Shown here one piece after another: positions 19,395-29,714 of a DNA stretch of 62,881 bases (positions are counted from its first letter, which is position 1; every line of letters starts with the position of its first letter). This DNA comes from Thainema sp. (GTDB lineage: Bacteria; Cyanobacteriota; Cyanobacteriia; Phormidesmidales; Phormidesmidaceae): assembly GCA_052168235.1 (NCBI GenBank), contig JBQLZK010000044.1, forward strand, positions 1 to 62,881. The letters run 5' to 3'. The notes beneath the pieces are model-generated. The model made no database searches. It was not told the origin of the DNA and saw only the letters and a list, made by a program, of their open reading frames with translations. The translations under genes were made by a program, and so were the position numbers.

Positions 19395-20144
19395 CTAAAC
19401 TTTGCCAAATCGGCGGTGACGCTGTTGATAGTTCGACAGTGCTTGATGAAACTCGGCGCGGTCAAAATCAGGCCACAAAGTTTCCGTGACGTAAATTTCG
19501 GCATAGGCCATTTGCCACAGCAGAAAGTTACTCAACCGCAGTTCGCCACTGGTGCGAATTAAGAGATCAGGATCGCTTAAACCAACCGTATACAGATGCT
19601 GTTCAAAGGTTTGCTCGTCAATTTCGTCTGGTGAAAGCTTGCCTTGCTGCACTTGAGTTGCGATCGCACGACAGGCATTAATAATTTCCTGGCGACCACC
19701 ATAGTTAGTTGCCACCGTAAACTGGATGCCCTGATTATGAGCCGTTTTGGTCATGGCTCGATCAATTTCGGATTGGAGCGAATTGGGTAACGCCGACAGA
19801 TTGCCCGCAAACCGAATCCGCACATTCTCCTGCATCATTTCCTCTAACTCCCGCCGCAGGACTCGCTCAAACAGCGTCATTAAGAAATCTACTTCTTCCA
19901 GCGGACGGCCCCAATTTTCGGTCGAAAAGGCGTAGGCGGTTAACGCTTGGATGCCCCAATCTCGGCTGCACCGTAAGAGATCTTTGAGGGTGTCAACTCC
20001 TTTGCGGTGCCCCATAATCCGCGGGAGTCCCCGCTGCTTAGCCCAGCGACCATTGCCATCCATGATGACTGCAATATGTTTCGGTAGACGCTCCTGATCG
20101 AGATCTGGGGGCAAAGCCTGATACAAAGGTGACTGAGCAGTCAT
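19395..20144 (-). CDS. uppS: Isoprenyl transferase (undecaprenyl diphosphate synthase)
   Basis: [21 protein letters not shown] and [21 protein letters not shown]. Confidence 0.95.
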   Translation of the reverse strand: MTAQSPLYQALPPDLDQERLPKHIAVIMDGNGRWAKQRGLPRIMGHRKGVDTLKDLLRCSRDWGIQALTAYAFSTENWGRPLEEVDFLMTLFERVLRRELEEMMQENVRIRFAGNLSALPNSLQSEIDRAMTKTAHNQGIQFTVATNYGGRQEIINACRAIATQVQQGKLSPDEIDEQTFEQHLYTVGLSDPDLLIRTSGELRLSNFLLWQMAYAEIYVTETLWPDFDRAEFHQALSNYQQRHRRFGKV

Positions 20145-21064
20145 TTTTTCTCCCGCGAAGCCGAGAATGAACGACGAAAAATCCGTGCAACGAACGCCTG
20201 CGCTCCCCCAATAAACCGACGCCCCAGACTGAGCAGTTGGGGAGAAACCGCATCCCGTTCAACCGACTGAGAGAATTTAGCCCTCAGCAGTTCCCTCAGT
20301 TTACTGCTGGTCAGAGGCCGATTGAGCAATCCTCGCTCCGCCAGAGAAATGGATCCTGTTTCTTCAGATACCACAACGCAAATACAGTTTTCTACCCGCT
20401 CCGTGATTCCCATTGCGGCACGATGGCGGGTTCCTAACTGGCGCGAAGCTGTCCGCTCCGAAATCGGCAAAATCACGCCTGCCGAAACGAGCCGCGATCC
20501 CCGAATGAACACCGCGCCATCATGCAGCAGCGTACTGGTTTGAAAGATCGTTTGCAGAATTTCTTTGGAAACCTCGGCATTGATACGTACGCCTGGCACA
20601 GAAAAGTCTCGTTCATCAATGGGGCGATCGGTTTCGAGAATGAGCAAGGCTCCCGTACGATTTTGAGACAGTTCCTTGACCGCATCCACAATTTCATCAA
20701 TCACATTTTCCGGCTTAGGGATCTGTTCCTGCGCGGGGCGGAATAGCTGCATGATTTCGCCTCGGCCAATCTGCTCCAGTAAGCGGCGAAACTCAGCCTG
20801 CAAAATAAACGCCATCGCCACAGCAGAGCCAATGACGAGTTTGTCTAGAACAAAGCTGAGTAACGTTAAACCCACTGCTCGACTGAGCGCGGCAGCCAGC
20901 ATCAATACAATCAGTCCTCGAACTAGCCACAGCGTTCTGCGATCGCCAATGACAACTAACACCAAATAGGTCAGCGCCAGCACCAGTACAACATCAACCA
21001 GTGGAAGCAGCACAGACTGAGTGATTGTCAACTTTTCCAGCCATTGCTTCCAAAGATTTCCCAT
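20141..21064 (-). CDS. cdaA: Diadenylate cyclase CdaA
   Basis: Three N-terminal TM helices; LHDGA and [11 protein letters not shown] motifs. ATGA overlap with uppS. Confidence 0.93.
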   Translation of the reverse strand: MGNLWKQWLEKLTITQSVLLPLVDVVLVLALTYLVLVVIGDRRTLWLVRGLIVLMLAAALSRAVGLTLLSFVLDKLVIGSAVAMAFILQAEFRRLLEQIGRGEIMQLFRPAQEQIPKPENVIDEIVDAVKELSQNRTGALLILETDRPIDERDFSVPGVRINAEVSKEILQTIFQTSTLLHDGAVFIRGSRLVSAGVILPISERTASRQLGTRHRAAMGITERVENCICVVVSEETGSISLAERGLLNRPLTSSKLRELLRAKFSQSVERDAVSPQLLSLGRRFIGGAQAFVARIFRRSFSASREKK

Positions 21065-21591
21065 TGAACCGATCCAGACTAATCGTACGTATTTACCGAT
21101 ACGAATTCACAGCTTTAACTATTCGCCCAACCTTGCTAAGTCTATGACTAGATCCGTTTTGCCACAGTTGCCCAGCGGGGAGACAGCCTTTACTCTATCG
21201 AAACTCCTAAGTTTACTTAACATCTTGCATGAAAACCCAGAGGGTTAATCTTGCCACTGCACGGCAACAAAATAACGGCCTCAGATTTTGAATGATGCAA
21301 GATATAAATTAATTTGTGTTGCTTTAGCCAACTCAGAAACTATATTGCGATAACGAGAGACGATCCCTACAGGTGAGCCTGATTGCAGTCTAACCTTTCT
21401 CCAGTTTAGGCTTCCATCAAGGAGCCTCTTTCAGCAAAATCAAAAAAGTCAGACTAAGCTGGCTAAGCTTTGGCGGATCTAGAGCAAAAAACACAATTGG
21501 AAGCCCTAAGCTTTTGTAACTATATGGGGCTTAGGACTGAGACTGCGATCGCATCCGATCCCGATGCCAAGCCAGCTTGAATCAAACCGTT

Positions 21592-23001
21592 TTAGCCTCT
21601 CAACCGTTCAGGCAGTTGATCCTGCCGAATCAAGTCTAAATAGGTTTCCCGTTGCAGGATAACGCTGGCTTCTCCTTGATTCACTAAAACCGCAGCCGGA
21701 CGGGGCACACGGTTGTAGTTAGAGGCCATGCTGTAGTTATAAGCGCCAGTCGCGAATACCACGAGCGTATCACCGGGCTGAGTGGGGGGCAGGCTCGCTT
21801 CCTGAATCACGATGTCACCCGATTCACAGTGTTTGCCAGCCACCGTCACGGTTTCAGTTTGTTCTGCCGACAGCCGATTCGCCAGCGCAATCCGATAAAC
21901 CGATTGGTAAGTAATCGGACGCGGATTATCTGACATGCCGCCATCCACCGCGACATAGTTGCGGATACCGGGCACCGTTTTGTGAGACCCAACGGTGTAA
22001 GCCGTCACGCAGGCTGTTCCAATTAGTGACCGTCCCGGCTCACACATTAAACGCGGCAGTTCAACCCCTTCAGCTTCGCAAGTGGCTTGAATCTGCTCAC
22101 AGATTACCTGTACCCACTGACGAATACTCGGTGGATCGTCCGATTCGGTATAGCAAATGCCCAAGCCGCCACCAACATCCAGTTCGGTAATCGGTAAGCC
22201 CATGCTGCGGGCCTGCTTCATCCAGCGCACCAGGACTCCGGCTAAATCTTGATGGGGCTGAAGTTCAAAAATCTGAGAGCCAATGTGGGCATGTAAGCCA
22301 ACACAGTTCAAGACCGACTGCTCGCTAATCTGCCGAAAAATATCCTCAAGCTGGTCGGGATCAAAGCCGAATTTACTGTCCAAATGCCCGGTGCGAATAT
22401 ATTCATGAGTGTGACACTCAATTCCCGGTGTCAGACGCAGCATGATCCGCACGGGCGCAAACTCAGACGCTTCATTCTGGGCCAGATGGATCAGCGTGTT
22501 TAGCTCAACTGCGTTGTCTACGACAATCGTGCAGCCTGAACTAATCCCTTCATACAGCTCATCGCGGGATTTGTTATTGCCGTGAAAGTAGATGCGGCTG
22601 GGGTCAACGCCTGCTTCCAGAGCGGTGTAGAGTTCTCCGCCAGAAACCACATCAATACCAAGCCCTTCTTGATCTGCGATCGCACATACCGCTAGACAGT
22701 TCCAAGCCTTGGATGCGTACAAAACCAACGTCTCACCCGGATAAAAATCGGTAAACGCTGCTTTGTATTGCCGACAGGTTGTCCGGAGCGTCTCTTCATC
22801 TAAGATATAGAGCGGTGAACCAAACTGCTCCACCAGTTGAGGCACATCGCAACCACCGATTTCGAGGTGATCCTGCTGATTGGCGCGAGCGGTCAACGGG
22901 GCAATCTGTTGATTGGGCGATCGCTCAGTGTTTGATGTATCCGATGGCTTAGGAAGATATTGCAGACCAGAATTTGCGGGAGTGATAGGAGTCGAAACCA
23001 T
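21592..23001 (-). CDS. lysA: Diaminopimelate decarboxylase
   Basis: YASKA, HAHIGSQ, EPGRS, GKHCESGD and GAYNYSMASNYN. Confidence 0.95.
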   Translation of the reverse strand: MVSTPITPANSGLQYLPKPSDTSNTERSPNQQIAPLTARANQQDHLEIGGCDVPQLVEQFGSPLYILDEETLRTTCRQYKAAFTDFYPGETLVLYASKAWNCLAVCAIADQEGLGIDVVSGGELYTALEAGVDPSRIYFHGNNKSRDELYEGISSGCTIVVDNAVELNTLIHLAQNEASEFAPVRIMLRLTPGIECHTHEYIRTGHLDSKFGFDPDQLEDIFRQISEQSVLNCVGLHAHIGSQIFELQPHQDLAGVLVRWMKQARSMGLPITELDVGGGLGICYTESDDPPSIRQWVQVICEQIQATCEAEGVELPRLMCEPGRSLIGTACVTAYTVGSHKTVPGIRNYVAVDGGMSDNPRPITYQSVYRIALANRLSAEQTETVTVAGKHCESGDIVIQEASLPPTQPGDTLVVFATGAYNYSMASNYNRVPRPAAVLVNQGEASVILQRETYLDLIRQDQLPERLRG

Positions 23002-23080
23002 TGCGATTGAAATAAGTTAAGGAGAACAGGCTGAAGAGTCTATTTTAAGAGAAAAGGATGTCACGTGAGTACCGAGTTCA

Positions 23081-23866
23081 ATGTCAATAGACGCAGCGTC
23101 AGCAGATGCCAAGAATCCCGTCAGCCATATCACTGAAAATGCCGTCAAAGGTGACGCTGTGGATCTTGATTCCCCTTCTCAGCTTGAAACTTCTACCGCT
23201 CAGCGTATCCTGCACGTCAAAACCGTTGCTCATACAGATTTAACCGATTTAGTGGCCCTTGATCAGCGTTGTTTAGGTGGAATCTGGACGATCGACGGAT
23301 ACGGTCGCGAGGTCGATAGCCCCAACAGTGATTTGATTGTGCTGAGCAGCGTAGTTCGTGAGAGTAGCCTCAGCTTAAGTAATGGTATGGGGACTGCTGG
23401 CTCATCCGAATGCTCAATAGTTGCACCCCATGCTGCCGGTATTTCATCGCAATTCACGGCTCAGTTCATTGGTTTAGGCTGCCTCTGGTCAATTTTAGAA
23501 GAAGCCCACATCACCTTGCTGGGTGTTGATCCCACCTATCGTCGCCAGGGATTAGGCCAGCTTTTGCTCTACGTTTTATTGACGTCTGCTCAACAGCGAG
23601 GCTTAGAACGGGCTACGCTAGAGGTACGGGTATCTAATCAAAGTGCGATCGCACTTTATGAGCAGTTTGGCTTTCGTCGCGCGGGCTGTCGGAAGCATTA
23701 CTATCCCGATGGTGAAGATGCTTTAATTCTTTGGCTCAACGGTATACACCGCTCTGACTTCGATCACCGTCTTCAGCATTGGTGGCACGTGATTCAAACT
23801 AAATTGCAGGCCGCAGGCTGGCTGTTGATACCAGACCCGAATCTGTCATTGACTCTAGAAGCATAA
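23081..23866 (+). CDS. rimI: Ribosomal-protein-alanine N-acetyltransferase (GNAT)
   Basis: EEAHITLLGV.P.YRRQGLG, ATLEVRVSNQSAIALYEQFGF and YYPDGEDA. Start uncertain. Confidence 0.85.
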   Translation: MSIDAASADAKNPVSHITENAVKGDAVDLDSPSQLETSTAQRILHVKTVAHTDLTDLVALDQRCLGGIWTIDGYGREVDSPNSDLIVLSSVVRESSLSLSNGMGTAGSSECSIVAPHAAGISSQFTAQFIGLGCLWSILEEAHITLLGVDPTYRRQGLGQLLLYVLLTSAQQRGLERATLEVRVSNQSAIALYEQFGFRRAGCRKHYYPDGEDALILWLNGIHRSDFDHRLQHWWHVIQTKLQAAGWLLIPDPNLSLTLEA

Positions 23867-24207
23867 ATCTTGTGGTATCAGCTTGACATTTTCAGCAAAT
23901 AGATCGATTATCGTTGACGGCGTATTTGTGCTCAGTCGCGGATATTCGTTTATCTCGCAGCGTAAGTACGTGAAATATGCGAACAAACGAGGCAGCTTCT
24001 TCTCTTCACATACTTTGCCGACCCGTTCTTGAAGCTAGCTCATAAAACTGGAATCTACCTTTGGGCTGATTTGTGTAACGGATTTAGATCTGAACTATCT
24101 ACCCAGGGATCAATATTCTTTTTCGGGCTGTTTCCAACATCACAGCTATCCGGTTTGCCTGTGCTAAAATCAGCGTACCGGCACGCAGCAGGTGATGGAA
24201 ATACGCC

Positions 24208-26682
24208 ATGTTTGAACGCTTCACAGAAAAAGCCATTAAGGTCATAATGCTGGCTCAGGAAGAGGCCCGTCGCTTAGGGCACAACTTCGTGGGCACAGAG
24301 CAAATTCTATTGGGTCTAATTGGAGAAGGGACCGGCGTCGCCGCCAAGGTACTGAAATCCATGGGCGTCAATCTCAAAGACGCTCGGATTGAAGTCGAAA
24401 AAATCATTGGTCGAGGCTCTGGTTTCGTCGCGGTAGAAATCCCATTTACGCCGCGAGCCAAGCGAGTCCTAGAACTTTCCCTAGAGGAGGCTCGCCAGCT
24501 CGGCCACAACTATATTGGTACAGAGCATCTGCTTCTGGGCCTGATCCGCGAAGGAGAAGGCGTCGCAGCTCGTGTCCTGGAAAATCTGGGCGTTGATTTG
24601 TCCAAGGTGCGAACCCAAGTGATTCGCATGCTGGGCGAAACCGCCGAGGTTTCGACGGGAAGCAGCCAAGGACGTACCAAAACGCCGACGCTGGATGAGT
24701 TTGGTGCCAATCTGACTCAGATGGCAGCGGATGGCAAGCTCGATCCCGTTGTGGGTCGCCAAAAAGAAATTGAGCGGGTCATCCAGATCCTCGGTCGCCG
24801 TACCAAGAACAATCCAGTCCTGATCGGTGAACCCGGTGTGGGTAAAACTGCGATCGCAGAAGGCCTAGCCCAGCGCATCGCCAATAATGATGTCCCCGAC
24901 ATCTTGGAAGACAAGCGCGTCGTCACGCTCGATATTGGCTTGCTAGTTGCAGGCACCAAATATCGAGGTGAATTCGAAGAGCGTTTGAAGAAGATCATGG
25001 ATGAAATTCGCTCAGCCGCGAACGTCATTCTGGTGATCGACGAGGTGCATACCCTGATCGGTGCAGGTGCAGCGGAAGGCGCAATTGACGCAGCCAATAT
25101 ACTGAAGCCAGCCCTAGCACGGGGCGAACTCCAGTGCATCGGTGCGACCACGCTAGATGAGTATCGCAAGCACATCGAGCGCGATGCGGCTCTAGAACGC
25201 CGTTTCCAGCCCGTTATGGTGGGTGAACCAACTGTACCGGAAACCATAGAGATCCTGCATGGCCTACGTGAGCGCTATGAGCAGCATCACAAGCTAAAGA
25301 TCTCGGATGATGCGCTAGAGGCAGCTGCCAAGCTGTCTGATCGCTATATCTCTGACCGCTATTTGCCGGACAAGGCAATTGACCTGATTGATGAAGCGGG
25401 TTCTCGGGTTCGCTTGATCAACTCACAGCTACCCCCTGCGGCCAAGGAACTGGATAAGGAACTGCGCCAAGTCCTCAAAGATAAGGACAATGCGGTTCGC
25501 TCTCAGGACTTTGATCGGGCGGGTGAACTGCGCGATCGCGAAATGGAAATCAAGGCTGAAATCCGCGCGATCGCACAGAGCAAGAAGACTGAGTCTTCCG
25601 GTGAGGGTGATGATTCTCCCGTTGTGGACGAGGAGGACATTGCACAAATCGTCGCTTCCTGGACGGGCGTTCCGGTGAACAAACTCACCGAGTCCGAGTC
25701 CGAGAAGCTGCTGCACATGGAAGATACGCTGCACCAGCGAATTATCGGCCAGGATGAGGCAGTGAAGGCGATTTCCCGCGCCATTCGGCGGGCCAGAGTC
25801 GGTCTCAAGAACCCCAACCGTCCGATTGCTAGCTTCGTCTTCTCTGGCCCCACGGGTGTTGGTAAGACTGAGCTTGCCAAGGCACTGGCGTCCTACTTCT
25901 TCGGTTCGGAAGAAGCCATGATCCGACTCGACATGTCGGAATTTATGGAGCGCCACACAGTTTCTAAACTAATCGGCTCGCCTCCGGGTTACGTCGGCTA
26001 TAACGAAGGTGGTCAGCTCACGGAAGCAGTACGTCGTCGGCCTTACACAGTTGTGCTCTTCGATGAAATCGAGAAAGCGCACCCCGACGTCTTCAATATG
26101 CTGCTGCAAATCTTGGAAGATGGTCGCCTGACCGATGCCAAGGGCCGCACCGTTGACTTCAAGAATACGCTGCTGATTATGACCTCCAACATTGGTTCCA
26201 AGGTCATCGAAAAGGGTGGCGGCGGTCTTGGCTTCGACTTCGAAGAAGACAAAGCCGAGTCGCAGTATAACCGCATCCGCTCGCTGGTGAACGAAGAGCT
26301 GAAACAGTACTTCCGACCTGAGTTCCTCAACCGTCTGGACGAAATCATCGTCTTCCGTCAGCTCACTAAGGACGAAGTCAAGGAAATTGGCGATATCCTG
26401 CTGAAAGAAGTCTTTGGTCGCCTAGATGAGCAGGGCATCAAGCTGGAAGTGACGGATAAGTTCAAGGAGCGCTTGGTAGAAGAGGGCTACAATCCCAGCT
26501 ACGGTGCTCGTCCCCTACGTCGCGCCATTATGCGCCTGCTTGAGGACAGCCTCGCAGAAGAGATTCTGTCAGGCCGGATTAAGGATGGCGATGTGGCGGT
26601 AGTGGATGTTGATGAGAACGGCCAAGTAAAGGTTATTCCTAGCGAAAAACCACGTGAGCTATTGCCCCAGGGTGCCGAATAG
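24208..26682 (+). CDS. clpC: ATP-dependent Clp protease ATP-binding subunit ClpC
   Basis: [26 protein letters not shown]-terminus; two AAA+ Walker A motifs ([16 protein letters not shown]). Confidence 0.97.
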   Translation: MFERFTEKAIKVIMLAQEEARRLGHNFVGTEQILLGLIGEGTGVAAKVLKSMGVNLKDARIEVEKIIGRGSGFVAVEIPFTPRAKRVLELSLEEARQLGHNYIGTEHLLLGLIREGEGVAARVLENLGVDLSKVRTQVIRMLGETAEVSTGSSQGRTKTPTLDEFGANLTQMAADGKLDPVVGRQKEIERVIQILGRRTKNNPVLIGEPGVGKTAIAEGLAQRIANNDVPDILEDKRVVTLDIGLLVAGTKYRGEFEERLKKIMDEIRSAANVILVIDEVHTLIGAGAAEGAIDAANILKPALARGELQCIGATTLDEYRKHIERDAALERRFQPVMVGEPTVPETIEILHGLRERYEQHHKLKISDDALEAAAKLSDRYISDRYLPDKAIDLIDEAGSRVRLINSQLPPAAKELDKELRQVLKDKDNAVRSQDFDRAGELRDREMEIKAEIRAIAQSKKTESSGEGDDSPVVDEEDIAQIVASWTGVPVNKLTESESEKLLHMEDTLHQRIIGQDEAVKAISRAIRRARVGLKNPNRPIASFVFSGPTGVGKTELAKALASYFFGSEEAMIRLDMSEFMERHTVSKLIGSPPGYVGYNEGGQLTEAVRRRPYTVVLFDEIEKAHPDVFNMLLQILEDGRLTDAKGRTVDFKNTLLIMTSNIGSKVIEKGGGGLGFDFEEDKAESQYNRIRSLVNEELKQYFRPEFLNRLDEIIVFRQLTKDEVKEIGDILLKEVFGRLDEQGIKLEVTDKFKERLVEEGYNPSYGARPLRRAIMRLLEDSLAEEILSGRIKDGDVAVVDVDENGQVKVIPSEKPRELLPQGAE

Positions 26683-26726
26683 TTCATCTGGATCTGAACG
26701 ATTTAGCCTTTGGCTAAATCTATAAC

Positions 26727-26766
26727 AAAAAGGCTGAATCTACACTGATGTAGATTCAGCCTTTTT
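26727..26766. terminator. Bidirectional terminator between clpC and truB
   Basis: AAAAAGGCTGAATCTACA-CTGA-TGTAGATTCAGCCTTTTT. Confidence 0.8.
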
Positions 26767-26803
26767 ACTTGCTCAGCTTATGCTGCACTGGCACCATCTG
26801 GCG

Positions 26804-27700
26804 CTATCCCAGTACCACTTTGGGCCGGAGATGTAGTTTTTGATCGATGAGCTGCGTTTCACTTACACCCAAAAATTGATTTGCGTCACTATAAATTCGG
26901 TAGATTTCGTCTGAACTTAGATCTAAATCTGCAACATATATTTTTTGTCCTTGGCACCAGCGTTGTGAGCTCGCAGATGACAAGGTAACAATTGGCAAAT
27001 GCTTAACACCTTCATCAGCAGCAATGGGCAACCAGGTATTAGCTTCGAGCTGCGCGGCCAGTTGTTCGAGGGAAAGACTATCATCCAGCTTGAATCCGCT
27101 ACTAAGCCTGCGATCCAGCGCCGCGAGAGTCGCGCCTGTACCCAGTATTTCACCCAGATCACGTGCGATCGCACGAATATAAGTTCCCGCACCGCAGGCA
27201 ATCTCTAACTCCAGTTCGGGTTGAGAGCCTGGACGCCAGTTCCTAATTTGAATGTCGTAAACTGTGACCGTACGACGTGGCACATCCACATCCTTGCCTG
27301 CCCGCGCTAGGTCGTAAAGGCGCTTACCATCAACCTGAATGGCGCTGTAGCGCGGTGGAATTTGCTCGATCGTGCCTAAAAATTGCGGCAAAACAGATTT
27401 AATCTGCTCTAGCTTCAAATGATCGGCTGATTGCTGAGTCAGAATATCGCCCTCTAAATCATCGGTAGCCGTCGTCAGACCGAATCGTACTGTCGCCCAG
27501 TAAGCCTTGTTTGATGGCAGATACTGCAGTAGACGCGTTGCTCTGCCAATGGCAATCGGCAAAACGCCCGTGGCTGCTGGATCGAGCGTGCCAGCATGAC
27601 CTATTTTTCTGATGTGAAGTATACGCCGCAGCTTGGCGACACAGTCATGGGATGTCCAGCCAAGGGGTTTATTGAGATTGAGAAATCCCTGCACACTCAT
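26804..27700 (-). CDS. truB: tRNA pseudouridine(55) synthase
   Basis: KIGHAGTLDPAATGVLP, QIPPRYSAI and CGAGTYIRAIARDLG. Confidence 0.95.
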   Translation of the reverse strand: MSVQGFLNLNKPLGWTSHDCVAKLRRILHIRKIGHAGTLDPAATGVLPIAIGRATRLLQYLPSNKAYWATVRFGLTTATDDLEGDILTQQSADHLKLEQIKSVLPQFLGTIEQIPPRYSAIQVDGKRLYDLARAGKDVDVPRRTVTVYDIQIRNWRPGSQPELELEIACGAGTYIRAIARDLGEILGTGATLAALDRRLSSGFKLDDSLSLEQLAAQLEANTWLPIAADEGVKHLPIVTLSSASSQRWCQGQKIYVADLDLSSDEIYRIYSDANQFLGVSETQLIDQKLHLRPKVVLG

Positions 27701-27865
27701 TATCCTGATGAATGATTAGTCTATTGCAACAGCCGCGATGATTAACGTTCGCTGATTAGAGTTCAGCTGGTTTTAGGGTGGTTACAAGTCACACGGCTTT
27801 GCTACTTTACCAAACCGTCCGGCGTACTCCACAACGTTCAATTCTCCTAACCCATTTTCCCAACC

Positions 27866-28840
27866 ATGACAGATTCTTCGCTAGATGGAGTCAAGCTATC
27901 TCAACTGCGGGCACTGGTGGCAGTGGCTAATGATCAGAATTTTAGCGAGGCTGCTTTGAAGCTGGGAATTTCGCAGTCAGCCGTCAGTCATGCGATCGCA
28001 AGTTTAGAAGACGAACTCGGGGTTGTGCTGCTAAACCGAGGCCGATATGGTGCCCGACCAACCCCCGTCGGGGAACAGATTATTCAACAGTCGCGCCAGA
28101 TCCTAGACATGCTTCAAGAAATCGGCAAAACAGCCAATCTAGCTAAAGGACTGGAGCGAGGTCAGGTGCGGGTCGGCTCTTTTCGCAGTGTCGCGACTTA
28201 TCTATTGCCAGAGGTGATTGCGCTGCTTCAGCAACGGTTACCCGGTATCAAGCTGGACATTCTAGAGTACGAAGAGTACAGCGAGGTTGAACAAGCACTA
28301 CGCGATGGTCGGATTGATGCTGGCTTCACTCATTTACCCACTCCGCCAGATTTAGAATCGTGGGAACTGCTGCGGGACGAATATCTCGTGTTGCTGCCGC
28401 CCAATGCTGACATCACAACACCTGAATTAACCTGGGAACAGATTGAGCAGTTTGATCTAATTCTGTACCCCGAACTGGATAGTAGCCATCGTATGCTGAT
28501 GGATCACTGTCGCCAGCGGGGACATCGGCTCTCGATTACCTATCCTGTCCGCGAAGATTCGACGATTGTTCGTATGGTGCAGCGAGGATTAGGGATTTCA
28601 ATCATGCCCCGTCTTGCTGCTGAACCACTACCCAATGAAATTAAAACCTATCGGTTACCGTCTCCCTTGGAACGCGTCATTGGCATTGCAATTTCCGCGA
28701 AAACGCTCCACCCACCAGCCGTCTTTGCCTTTATTGAATTACTCAGAGAGCAAAGCCAGCAAACGTTTCCCAAACTTAAGCACCGTGATGTTTCTGATGG
28801 TGCGATCGCAACTGACCGCTGTATCATTACAGACTCATAA
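27866..28840 (+). CDS. LysR-family transcriptional regulator
   Basis: HTH NFSEAALKLGISQSAVSHAIASLEDELG plus a substrate-binding domain. Confidence 0.92.
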   Translation: MTDSSLDGVKLSQLRALVAVANDQNFSEAALKLGISQSAVSHAIASLEDELGVVLLNRGRYGARPTPVGEQIIQQSRQILDMLQEIGKTANLAKGLERGQVRVGSFRSVATYLLPEVIALLQQRLPGIKLDILEYEEYSEVEQALRDGRIDAGFTHLPTPPDLESWELLRDEYLVLLPPNADITTPELTWEQIEQFDLILYPELDSSHRMLMDHCRQRGHRLSITYPVREDSTIVRMVQRGLGISIMPRLAAEPLPNEIKTYRLPSPLERVIGIAISAKTLHPPAVFAFIELLREQSQQTFPKLKHRDVSDGAIATDRCIITDS

Positions 28841-28850
28841 ATGCAGACTC

Positions 28851-28944
28851 AAAATAAGGAACCCGGCACAGGCCGGGACCGGAGATATGAAACGCCTTTC
28901 CGGTATGGGTTTACCTTACCGGATCAACCCAGGCTTGACCTGAT
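28851..28944 (-). ncRNA. Candidate structured small RNA divergent from ndk
   Basis: Three consecutive stems, the last followed by a U-rich tail; TTGTAA-N18-TAGCGT promoter-like signal on the minus strand. Confidence 0.4.
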
Positions 28945-29033
28945 ATCTACGCTACAACTTGCAGAAATCTCTTTACAAAGCACCCTCTTTTGCTGAGCAT
29001 AGAAAAGGTTTACTTAATGCGCATTAGGAGCGA

Positions 29034-29489
29034 GTGTCTGTGGAACGTACGTTTATCATGATCAAGCCCGACGGAGTTCAGCGCGGACTCGTAGGCAACA
29101 TCATTAGCCGATTTGAAGCCAAAGGCTTCACTCTTGTCGGCCTCAAAGCCCTCAATGTTGGCCGTGAGCTAGCTGAAGAACATTACGCTGTACATAAAGA
29201 ACGCCCCTTCTTCTCGGGTCTAATCGAATTCATCACCTCTGGCCCTGTTGTTGCAATGGTGTGGGAAGGCGAAGGCGTCGTTGCTGGTGCTCGTAAGTTA
29301 ATCGGTGCAACCAATCCCTTAACTGCCGAACCAGGCACCATTCGCGGTGACTACGGTGTTAGCGTTGGCCGCAATATTATCCACGGTTCAGACGCGATTG
29401 AAACCGGACAAACCGAAATTGCCCTTTGGTTCAAGGAAGAAGAACTGATGAACTGGGAACCCAGTTTGACAAGCTGGATCTACGAATAA
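29034..29489 (+). CDS. ndk: Nucleoside diphosphate kinase
   Basis: [23 protein letters not shown] and NIIHGSD. Confidence 0.97.
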   Translation: MSVERTFIMIKPDGVQRGLVGNIISRFEAKGFTLVGLKALNVGRELAEEHYAVHKERPFFSGLIEFITSGPVVAMVWEGEGVVAGARKLIGATNPLTAEPGTIRGDYGVSVGRNIIHGSDAIETGQTEIALWFKEEELMNWEPSLTSWIYE

Positions 29490-29524
29490 GTACAAGTCCC
29501 ACAGGACTGCTTTTTTCGTAAGTC

Positions 29525-29623
29525 ATACGAAGTCCGGTTAAAACCTGATGACTTATTTTTGTGAAAGCTTGACTAGGCCAAGCTTTCACAAAAATAAATC
29601 GGGTTCTCATGCACGAACTTAAT
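29525..29623. mobile_element. MITE-like element (TATCAAGTCC-end family) with a 19-bp hairpin
   Basis: Reverse complement of the right part, ATTAAGTTCGTGCATGAGAACCCGATTTATTTTTG, matches 57113-57151. Arms 29553-29571 and 29579-29597. Confidence 0.55.
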
Positions 29624-29628
29624 CTCAC

Positions 29629-29673
29629 CAAGCATGGAGGGGGCAGTGTTTAGCACTGCCCCCTCCATGCTTG
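29629..29673. terminator. 20-bp GC-rich hairpin between ndk and cheA
   Basis: CAAGCATGGAGGGGGCAGTG-TTTAG-CACTGCCCCCTCCATGCTTG. Confidence 0.55.
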
Positions 29674-29714
29674 ACTTGGATCGGGGACGCTTTGTCAACG
29701 CCTCCCTAGCTTTT

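Noticed and set aside
28851..28944. SRP RNA (ffs) identity for the structured element
   Set aside because: It lacks the conserved helix-8 signature (TCAGG..CCGGAAGG.AGCAGC); kept only as an unassigned candidate.
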